Origin: a virus
Direction: 5' to 3' (one strand)
Length of the DNA: 64,000 nt
Virus record (IMG/VR): IMGVR_UViG_2920343190_000001
Positions 9,643 through 20,250 of the stretch are shown here, one piece after another. The translations under genes were made by a program, and so were the position numbers. Each line of letters opens with the position of its first letter. Position 1 is the first letter of the stretch. The notes beneath the pieces are model-generated. The model was not told the origin of the DNA. It was given only the letters and a program-made list of their open reading frames with translations, and ran no database searches.

Positions 9643-10287
9643 CTAATCATAAGTTGTTACACATATTCCATGAACTCTTTGATATCTATGCTTTCCACCA
9701 TCAACGTGAGCTTGATAGTCTCCAGTTGACAGGTAGATACTAATGTACAAGTCATAAATGTTAAGACTATAATCATTTATGATATCTGAAAGATTTTTGT
9801 TGTATATTGTTCCTGCTTCAAATCCACTTGCACCATCTCCGCCATTTGTTTGATCTCTCCAGATCTCTTTGCTGAATACTCTATTCCCATTAGAAAATGC
9901 TTCTAAAACTACATATCCCTTTGCTATTCTGTCTCCATCATTTCGATGTGATCTTCTATCAGAAACAGTTACATCTATTTTTAATTTAGATAAACTGGCA
10001 GCTCTTGAAGGGATTAAAAAGCTATCCACTCTATAGACTCTTGAGCTATCTCTTGGATTATGTGTTTTAGCGCATATTGTGATAGTGTCAGTTTTGTTGA
10101 ATTTTTCTCTTATATAAAATACTTTTCCATTCTTTTTGAATTCTAATGTTGGTTTTCCATTTGTAAGTGCTATATTATCTGTTAAATCAAACCTATCTCC
10201 ATTTATAGATAATTGATTTTTAGCACCATAATTTCTTCCTTCTATTTGTCTTATTATCCCATCTTTTTTTAATTGAAGTTTAGGCAT
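9643..10287 (-). CDS. Tail-associated hypothetical protein, possible adhesin
   Basis: Coupled to the tail-fibre genes; beta-rich sequence. Confidence 0.45.
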   Translation of the reverse strand: MPKLQLKKDGIIRQIEGRNYGAKNQLSINGDRFDLTDNIALTNGKPTLEFKKNGKVFYIREKFNKTDTITICAKTHNPRDSSRVYRVDSFLIPSRAASLSKLKIDVTVSDRRSHRNDGDRIAKGYVVLEAFSNGNRVFSKEIWRDQTNGGDGASGFEAGTIYNKNLSDIINDYSLNIYDLYISIYLSTGDYQAHVDGGKHRYQRVHGICVTTYD

Positions 10288-10694
10288 TACTCAATCACCC
10301 TGATTTCATATCCATTTAAATTTAGAACCATTTCCCCAGATTTACCGAATTTATCTTTTATTTTATCAACTTCAACTTTATCTTCTTTAGACATATGACC
10401 GTCTTTAGAAGAAGTGGCAATAGTGCCTTTATGTGTATTAAATAAGCTAGTTAAATTAGTTAAGTTATTTATACAATTTGTAACTATTTGTAAAAATATA
10501 GTTTGCTTAACTTCTGCAAATAAACCATTATTTAAAGGTATTGATGTAGATGTATTTTTTATGTTATAAAAATACCCAGTTTCTGCGACTTTTATAATAT
10601 TCCCATTTTGTAAAGTTTGATTATTTTTCATTGATTCTACAGTACATTCTCTTTTAAATCCTTTTCTGTCCAAAAACTTTTCTTTTGAGTTCAA
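10287..10694 (-). CDS. Tail-fibre-associated protein
   Basis: Position; N-terminal TVESMK..L..G..IKV....FY.I and ATSSKDGHMSKEDK segments resemble phage fibre modules. Confidence 0.5.
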   Translation of the reverse strand: MNSKEKFLDRKGFKRECTVESMKNNQTLQNGNIIKVAETGYFYNIKNTSTSIPLNNGLFAEVKQTIFLQIVTNCINNLTNLTSLFNTHKGTIATSSKDGHMSKEDKVEVDKIKDKFGKSGEMVLNLNGYEIRVIE

Positions 10695-10708
10695 TTGATC
10701 CTCCTTTC

Positions 10709-10831
10709 TTACCTTTTGAAGTCTGCTTCAATTTTGGTCATTTTTTTAATTTTGTCTTTCTCTCCAGTTATGTGTAAAAATATTTTTACACTATTCCAAA
10801 TAACTTTTGTTATAGTAATAAATTTATTCAT
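10709..10831 (-). CDS. Small hypothetical protein (40 aa)
   Basis: ATG overlaps the fibre stop and the ORF fills the gap: MNKFITITKVIWNSVKIFLHITGEKDKIKKMTKIEADFKR. Confidence 0.4.
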   Translation of the reverse strand: MNKFITITKVIWNSVKIFLHITGEKDKIKKMTKIEADFKR

Positions 10832-13280
10832 TAGTTTTCTCCATGTGTTTTTTAATTTGTTGCATCTCTTTTACTAATTCATTTATTTGTTTTTGCTGTT
10901 CTTGTATTGCTTTTGTTAGAACTGGGATAAACTCAGTATAACCAATACTTAAAACTTCTTTTCCACCATTTATAGAATGGTCTTGATAGCCACCAAAATC
11001 AACTCCCAGTTCTCTCATAGTTTGAAATACTTCTTGCGCTATAAATCCTTGATGAAGTCTCCATCCTTTTTTACTTCCATCTTTTTTTATACTTTCAATA
11101 TCAAATATTTTCAATGCTTCTGCACGATTTATCTTTCTACCTTTTTTATTTAATTTTTCTATTTTTTTTCTAATTTTATCAATTTCTTGATAGTTTCTGT
11201 AAGATTCTCTATAGTCAAATCTGTATTCCCTAGGCTTTAATTTCATAATGAACCCTAGTCCTAGTCTTGTATCTTTTATATCAGTTTTATCTCTTTCGTC
11301 CGAACGATTCTGAACACTCCCATAACAATAAGCTGTTGTAGATCTATCACCAAGTTGTAGTTGATGATCTCCAGTTACAGTTGACCTGTATCCTAAACAT
11401 GTTGTGAATGAAAAATCATTAATACCTTCTCCACTCTGAAATCCTACCGCTGTATTGAAATCTCCATATTGTAAATTACGAAGAGACCCTGATCCTAAAG
11501 CTGTATTCCCACTTGCACTGTATCTTCTGTCGCATAAAGCCTCACTTCCAAATGCTGTATTATCAGTGCCTGAGCTTGTTTTGAAGAGAGCTTCATTTCC
11601 TACCGCTGTATTATTTCTTTCAAGCATCTCTTCACCATCAACTTTATTGAAAATTACTGAAGAACTGTTGTATCTAAATGAACCACCAACTGATATTTTT
11701 CCATTATCAATATTAATTCCTTCTCCTATTTGAACTATACCTCTTCCATTTTTTGTTGAAATTGGATATATTGGGTTAATTACTCCATCTGGATTAATCT
11801 GCATATTTACACCAACTCTCACTCCACCAATACCTGTTTTTGATGCTATTGGCAGCTCAGCTATGTCTGGAATTTCAACAGATATTTTCCCTTCTTTATC
11901 TACAGTGATATTATCCCCTATAATAACACTACCCAAAGAGGTTTTTGTAGCTGGGGTTAAATTTAGATTCAAACCTCCCATATTAACGACAAACTCGAAA
12001 CTAGTATTTCTTTTTTCAAATAGTTTTCCATTGTCCTTATCATTAGAACTTATTACTACATATTCCCCAAAGTTAATATCTTCATTTATAAAATCAGATT
12101 CCATTTCTACAATAGATGAGTAAGTTTTAGCTATGTAGAAAGAATCTCCTTTTTGCCCACGTGGAGATGTAAATGTTTCTGTTGTTTTTGTTCCATCCTC
12201 TAATACTAAAACATATTTAGCATCTCCGTTTTCTGTTGTTCCCACATACTCGGAATTTGCTATTCCATTACCCCTATCTCCTTTTATAGATAAGAGGTAA
12301 TCTTCGTATGTTTTCCCAGGATTTTTTTGCAACCAGTCTTCAGAAGCGCTAAGTCCTGTATTTCCTTTTAATTCTTCTTTGTGTTCCTCTATATATGTAT
12401 CTAAATCACTGTAGAAATTCTTAAGCTTATCTTCAAATTCGATATATATTTCATCTCTTAACTTTTCAAAGTCTACTTTAGAATCTACCACAAGCTCTTT
12501 AAAATCATTTATAAAAGTTTGTATCTGTTCTCTGACGTATGAAGCTGGCAACGGGTCTATAACCTCGTATAGAGTTCCAGCTTTAAAGTTATATATATTA
12601 TTCAAAGTAATTGTATTAGCATGAGTGTCTATTGTATAATCTCTTTCTAAGAAATATATATCGCCTTCAATATTTAGAATTGCTCTATTTGAAAGAGGAA
12701 CTAACTCAGCGCCTGTAGGTACTTGTATAACTTTTTGTCCTTCTACTAAAGTTCCTTTAATTTTTCTAAATCCAATATTTCTAATATTCTCTTTCAATAG
12801 TTCGATTATTTCTTTAGTTAAAAAGCCTTCAGGATTGATTAGTTGCTCTATTTTACTTTCTGTGCTTATATTTGAATCTATTGTAAATTTATATGTTGCA
12901 GGAACGATAGATTCACTAGGGATAGTTTCTCCATCATCATCTGTAGTTGAATAAGCAAATAGGACTTCATCTGTATCTTGAAACTTTGCATAAATTCCAA
13001 GTTCTTTCATTATTTTATTTTCTGTTAATCCAGAATTTGTAAATGCTATTTCTACTCTCAGTAGATAATTATCCTTGTCATTAATAATTCTTACGCTATT
13101 AAGAGGGAATTTAATCCAAGAGTTTTTAATATCTATAGCTTTTTTTATTTCTTCTGATAATAACTTTCCACTTCCCAGGCCTGCATTAGTAAATGTTATG
13201 ACTTTATCAACATTTGTATTTGATGAAAGGAGCATTTCTTGTCCTTTTGTTGTTAAAATTAAATTATTAAAGTAACTCAT
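10824..13280 (-). CDS. Tail fibre with C-terminal peptidase S74 intramolecular chaperone
   Basis: N-terminal ILTTKG baseplate-attachment region; short collagen-like GxxG stretches; NTAxG repeats; SDERDKTDI...GFIAQEV...YTEFIPVL S74 signature. Confidence 0.9.
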   Translation of the reverse strand: MSYFNNLILTTKGQEMLLSSNTNVDKVITFTNAGLGSGKLLSEEIKKAIDIKNSWIKFPLNSVRIINDKDNYLLRVEIAFTNSGLTENKIMKELGIYAKFQDTDEVLFAYSTTDDDGETIPSESIVPATYKFTIDSNISTESKIEQLINPEGFLTKEIIELLKENIRNIGFRKIKGTLVEGQKVIQVPTGAELVPLSNRAILNIEGDIYFLERDYTIDTHANTITLNNIYNFKAGTLYEVIDPLPASYVREQIQTFINDFKELVVDSKVDFEKLRDEIYIEFEDKLKNFYSDLDTYIEEHKEELKGNTGLSASEDWLQKNPGKTYEDYLLSIKGDRGNGIANSEYVGTTENGDAKYVLVLEDGTKTTETFTSPRGQKGDSFYIAKTYSSIVEMESDFINEDINFGEYVVISSNDKDNGKLFEKRNTSFEFVVNMGGLNLNLTPATKTSLGSVIIGDNITVDKEGKISVEIPDIAELPIASKTGIGGVRVGVNMQINPDGVINPIYPISTKNGRGIVQIGEGINIDNGKISVGGSFRYNSSSVIFNKVDGEEMLERNNTAVGNEALFKTSSGTDNTAFGSEALCDRRYSASGNTALGSGSLRNLQYGDFNTAVGFQSGEGINDFSFTTCLGYRSTVTGDHQLQLGDRSTTAYCYGSVQNRSDERDKTDIKDTRLGLGFIMKLKPREYRFDYRESYRNYQEIDKIRKKIEKLNKKGRKINRAEALKIFDIESIKKDGSKKGWRLHQGFIAQEVFQTMRELGVDFGGYQDHSINGGKEVLSIGYTEFIPVLTKAIQEQQKQINELVKEMQQIKKHMEKTNE

Positions 13281-13840
13281 ATATTAAAGTCTCCTATTAT
13301 TGTTTTTTCTTTATGTGTATATATTCCAGTTGCAAAATTAAGGTTTAATTCTACTTTTCCATTTTTTGTAAGTTGACTGATGTGTTGGCTTTTCTTTTTT
13401 GTTGTTTCAATCATTTTTAAGATATCTTCGATTGATTCATTTATGCTTGCATCTGAAATATTAATATTAAAATATCCTGGATTAAGTCCAACTTCGTGCC
13501 ATTGATTTACCTTAGCTCCTTTGAAAAAAGTTCCTAACAGCGTATTTATTGCTCCCACTGTACCTTTTTTCATGTGGGTTTGAAGTGAATCATTGCATAC
13601 TTTTCTTTTTTCTTCTAATGTGTATTTAGGATTATAGTAGTCTATATGAAGCTCTTTACTTAAAAGGTCTAATTCAAATTCTTCCATCTCGTCAATTCTA
13701 TCGAAGTGGACTAATCTTTTTATTTGAGAGATTAAAAAATTTTGTATTAGTAGTTCACAAACTTTAAAAATATCTTCGTATTTATCTTTAGCTAATTTGG
13801 GAGATAATTTTAAAATATTTTCTTCAAATATAGTTCTCAT
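13277..13840 (-). CDS. Baseplate/tail protein I (P2 gpI-like)
   Basis: LDLLSKELHIDYY...HMKKGT.GAI motif; position after baseplate J. Confidence 0.85.
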   Translation of the reverse strand: MRTIFEENILKLSPKLAKDKYEDIFKVCELLIQNFLISQIKRLVHFDRIDEMEEFELDLLSKELHIDYYNPKYTLEEKRKVCNDSLQTHMKKGTVGAINTLLGTFFKGAKVNQWHEVGLNPGYFNINISDASINESIEDILKMIETTKKKSQHISQLTKNGKVELNLNFATGIYTHKEKTIIGDFNI

Positions 13841-14919
13841 TCAACACCCCTATAATTAAGAGTTATTGAATTACATTTGATTAATGAAGTTTCCGTTATT
13901 TCTAATTCTTCAGGAGATGTAATTTCACATTTTTTTATATCTTCATTTTTAATTATTCTTATAATATCTTGAGTATTTAGGTTATCTCCTATTTGTATTT
14001 TTTTGAAATGTAAGTTCAATTTTTTTAAGAGACTGGACTTGATTGTTTCAACATTTCTTATTTCATTATCATAAAGATAGTAATCAATGTTTAAGTCTAT
14101 ATTTATTATTTCTGGATCTTTTATAGTTACTAAATCATTTAGTGGTAATCTATCTAAATTTGTTAAGAAGTCTTTTATTGCTTCTTTTTCTTCAGTGGTG
14201 ATTTGTTCGTTAAATCCATAAACATAAATATCTATTTCGTTTGGTCTTGGAGTTTTAACTATAACTTGATTTACTAACTGACTAACTTTCTTAGTCCAAA
14301 ATTTATAGGAGCCTTCGCTTCCTGCACTTGTAAATGATTCTGGAATTTCTTCCATTCTTTTTCTGTATTGCTCATCATCCTCTTCGTTTCCACCTTTTGA
14401 TACGTTTTGAGGATTTGTACAAGATTGATAATAGTCATATCTATCAATTATTTGAGTAATTTCCCCTGCGAGTATTTCACCTATATCTCCTGGATTCTCA
14501 GCTTGCGCTAAGATAGTTGTTTTAGTTTTACCTGGATATATTGCTCCTTCTTCTAGGGAGTGGAAGATATTTTCTCCATGTAAAAATCTTGTTCCTTTTT
14601 GTATGAATACGATTCTTTCGACAGGTTGAGAGATATGACATTCCATAATTACTTTTGCATGAGAAGCTTTGTTTCTTTTAGCACGCTCTCCAAAAATTGT
14701 TGCTTTTAAGTCTAGTCTATCTCCTCGTGCATAAGCTAAGTAATTTTGTATGGCTATATCATTAATACCATAAAGAATATCTCCAAGGATCATTGATATG
14801 GTTGAATAAATATGTGCTTTTTCATCCGCTGGAGAAAGTTTTTTACCTGTAATATCTTCGTGTAGCTTGACAGCTTCATTGTATATTTGTTGCGCATCTC
14901 CCTCTATTAGTTTAAGCAG
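13837..14919 (-). CDS. Baseplate J-like protein, probable CTG start
   Basis: YARGDRLD, GGNEEDDEQYR, FTSAGSEGSY motifs; open frame extends 42 codons upstream of 14793 to a CTG after GAGGTG. Confidence 0.9.
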   Translation of the reverse strand: MLKLIEGDAQQIYNEAVKLHEDITGKKLSPADEKAHIYSTISMILGDILYGINDIAIQNYLAYARGDRLDLKATIFGERAKRNKASHAKVIMECHISQPVERIVFIQKGTRFLHGENIFHSLEEGAIYPGKTKTTILAQAENPGDIGEILAGEITQIIDRYDYYQSCTNPQNVSKGGNEEDDEQYRKRMEEIPESFTSAGSEGSYKFWTKKVSQLVNQVIVKTPRPNEIDIYVYGFNEQITTEEKEAIKDFLTNLDRLPLNDLVTIKDPEIINIDLNIDYYLYDNEIRNVETIKSSLLKKLNLHFKKIQIGDNLNTQDIIRIIKNEDIKKCEITSPEELEITETSLIKCNSITLNYRGVE

Positions 14920-15187
14920 TTTTTTCCACCTCTACTTTCAATATTGTTTTCTCTTCTTCAAGTTCTATACCAACACTTTTTAACTTTAACCCTGGAATAT
15001 ATTTTTTTATTTGTAAGTCTAGATCTTGCGATAATACTGATGGAATTTTATTTATTTGCATATCTATTATTGAAGAGCTTAATCCCAAATCTCTAAATAA
15101 AGGAACAGTCCCTTTGCATGTATTTAAAATTACCCATAATTGTCTTAAGTATGTATCTTTTGGCTCTATATTACTTTTAACTACCAT
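14912..15187 (-). CDS. Baseplate wedge protein (gpW/gp25-like)
   Basis: ILNTCKGTVPLFRDLGL motif; position. Confidence 0.8.
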   Translation of the reverse strand: MVVKSNIEPKDTYLRQLWVILNTCKGTVPLFRDLGLSSSIIDMQINKIPSVLSQDLDLQIKKYIPGLKLKSVGIELEEEKTILKVEVEKTA

Positions 15188-15774
15188 AATCTCACCTTTG
15201 ATAACTGTTGTAAAACTTGTTCATTAATTATTGAAACAACTTTTTTCTCTAAAGTTTTTACTCCTTTTTGCTGCACTTTAATTTCTTTTGGATTATTTAT
15301 TTTTTCGATATATTCTTCAAAAGATACATCTAACTCCACTACTAAAGGAGTTCCTATTCTATCGGTTTTTGTGACCTTTTCACTGTATTTAGTCAATATA
15401 AATGTGTTATTTCCTATTTTCTTTCCACTTAGTACAAGTGGAAAGTGATGACCTTCATTAATATATTCTGTTAATCTTCCTCTTGCTCTTTCTATATTTG
15501 TTAAACTATATATTAGTTTTATTCCAAGTGAAACTCTGATAAGCTGTCTACCTTGAAATTCTGTTATATCTGGATTATTTATTATTTGATGTTTTTTTGT
15601 TTTTGGGGCTCTATCTATTTTGTAGTTGTTAGGAGATAGCGTGCCCAGTGATGAAACTTTAAAAATCACTTTTCCGAAAGAACCTACACTACTTAACTTG
15701 GTGTACCAATCTACCGAATCGAGATAATTTCCAAGCTCATCCTTTGCTATATCTGTTAAAATTCCATTAATCAT
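15181..15774 (-). CDS. Tail protein (P2 GpU-like)
   Basis: FGKVIF..., H.IIN..D..EF.G, V.FEEY motifs. Confidence 0.75.
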   Translation of the reverse strand: MINGILTDIAKDELGNYLDSVDWYTKLSSVGSFGKVIFKVSSLGTLSPNNYKIDRAPKTKKHQIINNPDITEFQGRQLIRVSLGIKLIYSLTNIERARGRLTEYINEGHHFPLVLSGKKIGNNTFILTKYSEKVTKTDRIGTPLVVELDVSFEEYIEKINNPKEIKVQQKGVKTLEKKVVSIINEQVLQQLSKVRLW

Positions 15775-15786
15775 TATTGTCCTCTC

Positions 15787-16329
15787 TTATTGTTTCAAGA
15801 AATCTTTTGCATAGATTACAAACTTTGATTTAATAAGGCCTAAAACTTCTATTAAAGCTGATTTGATTGATATACTCTCATTAGCCTCAAGTGAAATAGT
15901 TTTTCCTTTCAAATTAATATCTTTAGCTTTAACAGAAAAAGAATCACATGATATACTTATATTTTTCGATTTTATTTCAATCTTTTCTTTCGATATTATT
16001 GTGATACTATTGTCCTTTCTATTTAAACAAAAATAATTTCCTTCGCAGTCAAATATTATTTTATCTTTGTCTCCATCCGCTTTGTTTTTTGCTGAATAAA
16101 ACCCCGCTATTACAAAACCCTTATCAGTATTATCATCAAAAAATATAACTAATACTGGAGTATTCACGTCAGGGAGAAGATAAGATGTTTTCCCAAAACT
16201 GAGTAGTGTAGTTACTTGTAAATCTTCTGTTATTACTTCCTCATATTCTAAAAGTTTAACCCTGACCGTATAGTCACTCTCATTAATACTGTGGATTTCT
16301 CCTATTGCACCTTTTAAAAAACTAAACAT
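15787..16329 (-). CDS. Baseplate assembly protein V (spike)
   Basis: GEIHSIN....VRV OB-fold start, LPDVNTPVL, C-terminal repetitive beta strands. Confidence 0.8.
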   Translation of the reverse strand: MFSFLKGAIGEIHSINESDYTVRVKLLEYEEVITEDLQVTTLLSFGKTSYLLPDVNTPVLVIFFDDNTDKGFVIAGFYSAKNKADGDKDKIIFDCEGNYFCLNRKDNSITIISKEKIEIKSKNISISCDSFSVKAKDINLKGKTISLEANESISIKSALIEVLGLIKSKFVIYAKDFLKQ

Positions 16330-17344
16330 TTTTATTTCTCTCCCATATTTTATATGCTAATATTTTGACATTTAGTTCAGGTAATTTTTTGGTAGTCTTT
16401 CTAATCATATATTTTCCACTAAAAATCCCGGCATTTGTAACATTTATTACATCTCCGGAGTATAGATCAATTTTATCTATAATAGTTGTATTTAAAGTAA
16501 CTCTATCTCTATTTTCTTTAAATAGTCTGACTCTCGCTAATTTTTTTAAGTCTGAACTTTTACTTCTTGCATTTATTTTTAAAATTTTATCTCTTAATTT
16601 CCCAGGCAATTTAATTCCAAAATCTTCTACAGAATAAACAACTTTTTCTTCATCTAAAAATTTACTTCTTCTATATTTTATTTCAACCTTTGTATAGATA
16701 TTCTTTGTTTCTTCATCTATTGAATAAGGCAAACTATTTAAATCGATGGTGTGTTTTATTTCTCTTTTTTCATACTCTTCAATATCAAACATTATTAATT
16801 TATCTACATTTATTTTAAAATTCATTCCTTCTTCTATTGCTATTTTTCCTAAAAAAGATAAGTCAGATTCATTTTCTTGTTTTATATCTTTCAAAATAGG
16901 ATTACTCTTAGAACTGAAATATGAAGATATTTTAAATTTATCTGCAAATTCTTTATTTAAGCTTTTTAGAGATATTTCTCCCCATGTTTTTGTATTGACT
17001 TCATCTTGACTATTTCCACCAGGTATTGATAAGGCTTTAAAGATTCCTGTATCGTTGCTAAAACTTCTTGTATCTATATAGTAAATTCCTAAGTTATATG
17101 TTTTGATGCCTTCTGATACTGAGTTCCAATTTTGAGTCCATAATTCGAATTGAATTTTTTCTCCTATGCATAATTCATTATCTTTATTTAAAAGTCTATT
17201 TTTGTTATTTTTCAAAACGAAATCTATGCTATCAATTGCTGAGGAGATATTATCAGTTATTGTTAAGGAGCTGAGTTCTGTGCTCAGCTCCACTTCTTTT
17301 TTATTATAAAATGCCTTTATTCCTGCCCTTCTTGTTAAAACCAT
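16322..17344 (-). CDS. Baseplate hub / late control D-like protein
   Basis: LTITDN...DSIDF, Q.NESDLSFL motifs. Confidence 0.8.
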   Translation of the reverse strand: MVLTRRAGIKAFYNKKEVELSTELSSLTITDNISSAIDSIDFVLKNNKNRLLNKDNELCIGEKIQFELWTQNWNSVSEGIKTYNLGIYYIDTRSFSNDTGIFKALSIPGGNSQDEVNTKTWGEISLKSLNKEFADKFKISSYFSSKSNPILKDIKQENESDLSFLGKIAIEEGMNFKINVDKLIMFDIEEYEKREIKHTIDLNSLPYSIDEETKNIYTKVEIKYRRSKFLDEEKVVYSVEDFGIKLPGKLRDKILKINARSKSSDLKKLARVRLFKENRDRVTLNTTIIDKIDLYSGDVINVTNAGIFSGKYMIRKTTKKLPELNVKILAYKIWERNKNV

Positions 17345-17547
17345 TCAGGGTTTTCCCCCTCTTCACTAACTTTTACAACAGGAATAATAAGAGCAACCTC
17401 TTCTGGAAAACAAATTAATTTTATAAAGTCGTAATTTGCTTTTTTTAGCTCCTCTACATACTGGACTGAACCATAAACCTTAAAGGATATCAAATCCCAT
17501 GTATCACCTTTTTGTGTGATGTAGCTAGATAGCTGTTCTGACCGCAT
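17335..17547 (-). CDS. Tail protein X (LysM-like)
   Basis: YIT.KGDTWDLISFKVYGS...L..AN motif. Confidence 0.85.
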   Translation of the reverse strand: MRSEQLSSYITQKGDTWDLISFKVYGSVQYVEELKKANYDFIKLICFPEEVALIIPVVKVSEEGENPEWF

Positions 17548-20194
17548 CTTTTACTCTCCTTTCTAGCTCTTTATTATTCTCTTCTAGCATTTTTTTGAAA
17601 TTATCATACATTTCTTTTAAGATTTCTCCTGGGATCATTGATGCTGTATCCGGAAAATTAAATTGATAATTTCCTCCCTCAATAGCAATATTAATTTCTT
17701 TATTACTGTTCGTATAACTATCGCTACTATTTTCACTTTCTCTTGTACTTCTTAAGTTATTTAAAATTCTTTTTCCAAAAGATTCATTTTCTTCTGCAGT
17801 TAATACTCTTTCACCTTTGTGAAGTTCAGCCACATATCCGTCATATGGCACATATGACAGTCCGTTTTTATGACTTCCATCTGCTTTTGTTTCTATGCTT
17901 AATTTTTTTAATAAGCTTCCAACTATAGGGACATCTGCAATAGAACTGGTCCAAACTTGGAAGGCAGTTTTAACCATGCTAATTTTCTCTAAAATTCCAT
18001 CAAAGAATACGCCGAAGCCTTTTTTTAAATTGTCTACTATTGATAAAGAACTATTCCAGTTATCTGTAAAAGCTTTGACTAAATCAACTATTGTTCTAAG
18101 AGGATTCAACGCTTTAAATATTTCAGAAATCATACGGAACCAATTTTTACAAGATTCCCAAATAGCTACTATATTATTCCAAACTTCTACAAGTATAGGT
18201 TTTACACTATCCCAATTCTTATACATTAAGTATCCTATTAAAGCTATGGCTGCTCCTATCCAAAGTACAGGACCACCTAAAGTTACAATTGTAGCTATCA
18301 TGGTAGCTATTCCAGAAGTAATAGCTCCAAGTATAAGTGGTATTCCTGAGAGAGTTGCAAAAGCAGTAGCAAATACAAGTATATTATCGATACCTATAGC
18401 ATCATTTATCCATTTTAGACCTTTTGCTATTGCAGAAAATGCACAAGCTGCTATATAAGCAACTTTTAGAAGAATCATTCCTATATCTTTAAAAAACTTT
18501 GTTAATGTTGGATCCATTAAAATACTTTTTAAAGCTTCGAAACCTGGCCCTAAAATTTCTTTAAACTTTGTTCTAATTTTATCAATCTTTTGAAACATAT
18601 TTTGCCAGAATTTATTAACTGGATCGTCAGATAATTGACCCCTTAAAACAAGTCCAAATTCAGACACATATTTTGTTGCTATTTTTATTTTTTCTAATGT
18701 ATTTTCTGTGAAAACAGTTTTTCCGATAGCCATTTTAAGGCCATCTACTGCAGAGAAAAATAAAGTTCTTGCTCCATTTGCACCTTCTAGCATTATTTCT
18801 TTCATTCTTTCAGCAGCTCCAACACTTTCTGTTTTAGTTGCATTTATTTGAGCTGAAATTCTTTCGACACCTTTATACACTTGTCCATTTATTTCTTTTT
18901 CTCCATCGAGCAAAGCATTTACAACTCTCGCTGCTCTTGCGTCAAACATTTTAGAAATCATTTGTTGTCTTTTGAAACCAGCAATATTTTGTTTCTTAAA
19001 GAATAATTCAAGTTGTTTTAAGAAATTCTCAGTTCCTACAAACTCACCTTTTTTGTCTGTTAATTTTATTCCTAAATTTTCGAATTCCTTAGCATCTTTT
19101 AATATTCCTGTGTAGACAGCTCCTAATCCTGTTCCGGCTTGAGATCCTTTCATTGCTTTGTCAGCAAGCAGGCCTAAAATAGCTGAAGATTCTTCTATAG
19201 AAACATTTAATCCCTCTGATTGAGTAGCTACATATTTAAAAGATTCTCCTAGTTGTTCAACTCCAGTATTAGTTCTAGACATCGTATATGCAAATATATC
19301 AGCTACCCTTCCTGCGTCTTTTGCTTCCAGTCCAAAAGCTGTCATATTATCTGATACTATATCTGATACCAGTGTTAGATTTTCTCCTGAAGCTGCTGCT
19401 AAATTTAGCATTCCAGGCATAGCGGAAATAATATCACTAACTTTGAAACCTGCTAAAGCAAATTTTTCCATTCCTTGAGCAGCTTCTTTTGAAGTAAAAG
19501 AAGTTGTAGCTCCGAGTCTTAAAGCTTCTTTTTCAAGAAGATTGAACTCTTGTTTTGTAGCCCCACTAATAGCTTGTACTCTTTTCATTTGTCCTTCAAA
19601 ATCAGCATATTGACTTGCTGAAGTTGCTGTGAAATATCCTGCGGCCATTGTTCCAGCTATAGCAGCACCAGCAGCTGCTTTTCCACCTGTTATTAATGCT
19701 TTTTTAGCAAAGCTTCCAGCTTTTTTCTTAAATTCTGAAGCTCTATTAAATAGTTTTTGTTTAGCCGTAGCATTGCTTAATTCTTTTGCTGTTTCCTTTA
19801 TTTCTTTTTGGAGTTGATTGTGAGGTATTTTTAATTTTGTTAGCTCCATGGAATATCTTTGATAAGCTTTTCTTTCTTTATCTACAACTTTTCCTAATTT
19901 TTCTTGTGATGAAGTTAGTTTCTTGTATTCTTTTTCTTGCTCTTTAGTCAAACTTCCATTCGTGGTTTTTATTTTATTCAACATTTGAAGTTTGGAACTC
20001 ATCTTTTGATATTCAAGAATATTTTTAGAGAGATTTTTAGGCATCATTTTTGATATATCATTAAGTTGTTTTTGTCTATTCTTTAAATTATTAAATTCTT
20101 TTGATATTTTTTCAATATTTCCAGGCAATGCTTTATCCATTTGAGTAGTTAATTTCATAACCATCTCCATTACTTTTCCTCTAGCCATAATCAC
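17525..20194 (-). CDS. Tail tape measure protein (TP901-type core)
   Basis: FEGQM..VQAISGAT...TTSFTSKEAAQGM core; coiled-coil N-terminus; C-terminal LHKGERVLTA. Confidence 0.92.
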   Translation of the reverse strand: MIMARGKVMEMVMKLTTQMDKALPGNIEKISKEFNNLKNRQKQLNDISKMMPKNLSKNILEYQKMSSKLQMLNKIKTTNGSLTKEQEKEYKKLTSSQEKLGKVVDKERKAYQRYSMELTKLKIPHNQLQKEIKETAKELSNATAKQKLFNRASEFKKKAGSFAKKALITGGKAAAGAAIAGTMAAGYFTATSASQYADFEGQMKRVQAISGATKQEFNLLEKEALRLGATTSFTSKEAAQGMEKFALAGFKVSDIISAMPGMLNLAAASGENLTLVSDIVSDNMTAFGLEAKDAGRVADIFAYTMSRTNTGVEQLGESFKYVATQSEGLNVSIEESSAILGLLADKAMKGSQAGTGLGAVYTGILKDAKEFENLGIKLTDKKGEFVGTENFLKQLELFFKKQNIAGFKRQQMISKMFDARAARVVNALLDGEKEINGQVYKGVERISAQINATKTESVGAAERMKEIMLEGANGARTLFFSAVDGLKMAIGKTVFTENTLEKIKIATKYVSEFGLVLRGQLSDDPVNKFWQNMFQKIDKIRTKFKEILGPGFEALKSILMDPTLTKFFKDIGMILLKVAYIAACAFSAIAKGLKWINDAIGIDNILVFATAFATLSGIPLILGAITSGIATMIATIVTLGGPVLWIGAAIALIGYLMYKNWDSVKPILVEVWNNIVAIWESCKNWFRMISEIFKALNPLRTIVDLVKAFTDNWNSSLSIVDNLKKGFGVFFDGILEKISMVKTAFQVWTSSIADVPIVGSLLKKLSIETKADGSHKNGLSYVPYDGYVAELHKGERVLTAEENESFGKRILNNLRSTRESENSSDSYTNSNKEINIAIEGGNYQFNFPDTASMIPGEILKEMYDNFKKMLEENNKELERRVKDAVRTAI

Positions 20195-20224
20195 CTCCTT
20201 TGGTTATATAGTTGAATTTTTAAT

Positions 20225-20248
20225 GAGCCCCTACAAAAGTAGGAGCTC
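20225..20248 (-). terminator. Hairpin upstream of the tape measure gene
   Basis: GAGCTCCTAC-TTTT-GTAGGGGCTC on the minus strand. Confidence 0.55.
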
Positions 20249-20250
20249 TG

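Noticed and set aside
9643-13280. Diversity-generating retroelement acting on the fibre
   Set aside because: No reverse transcriptase and no template/variable repeat pair seen in the complete unit.
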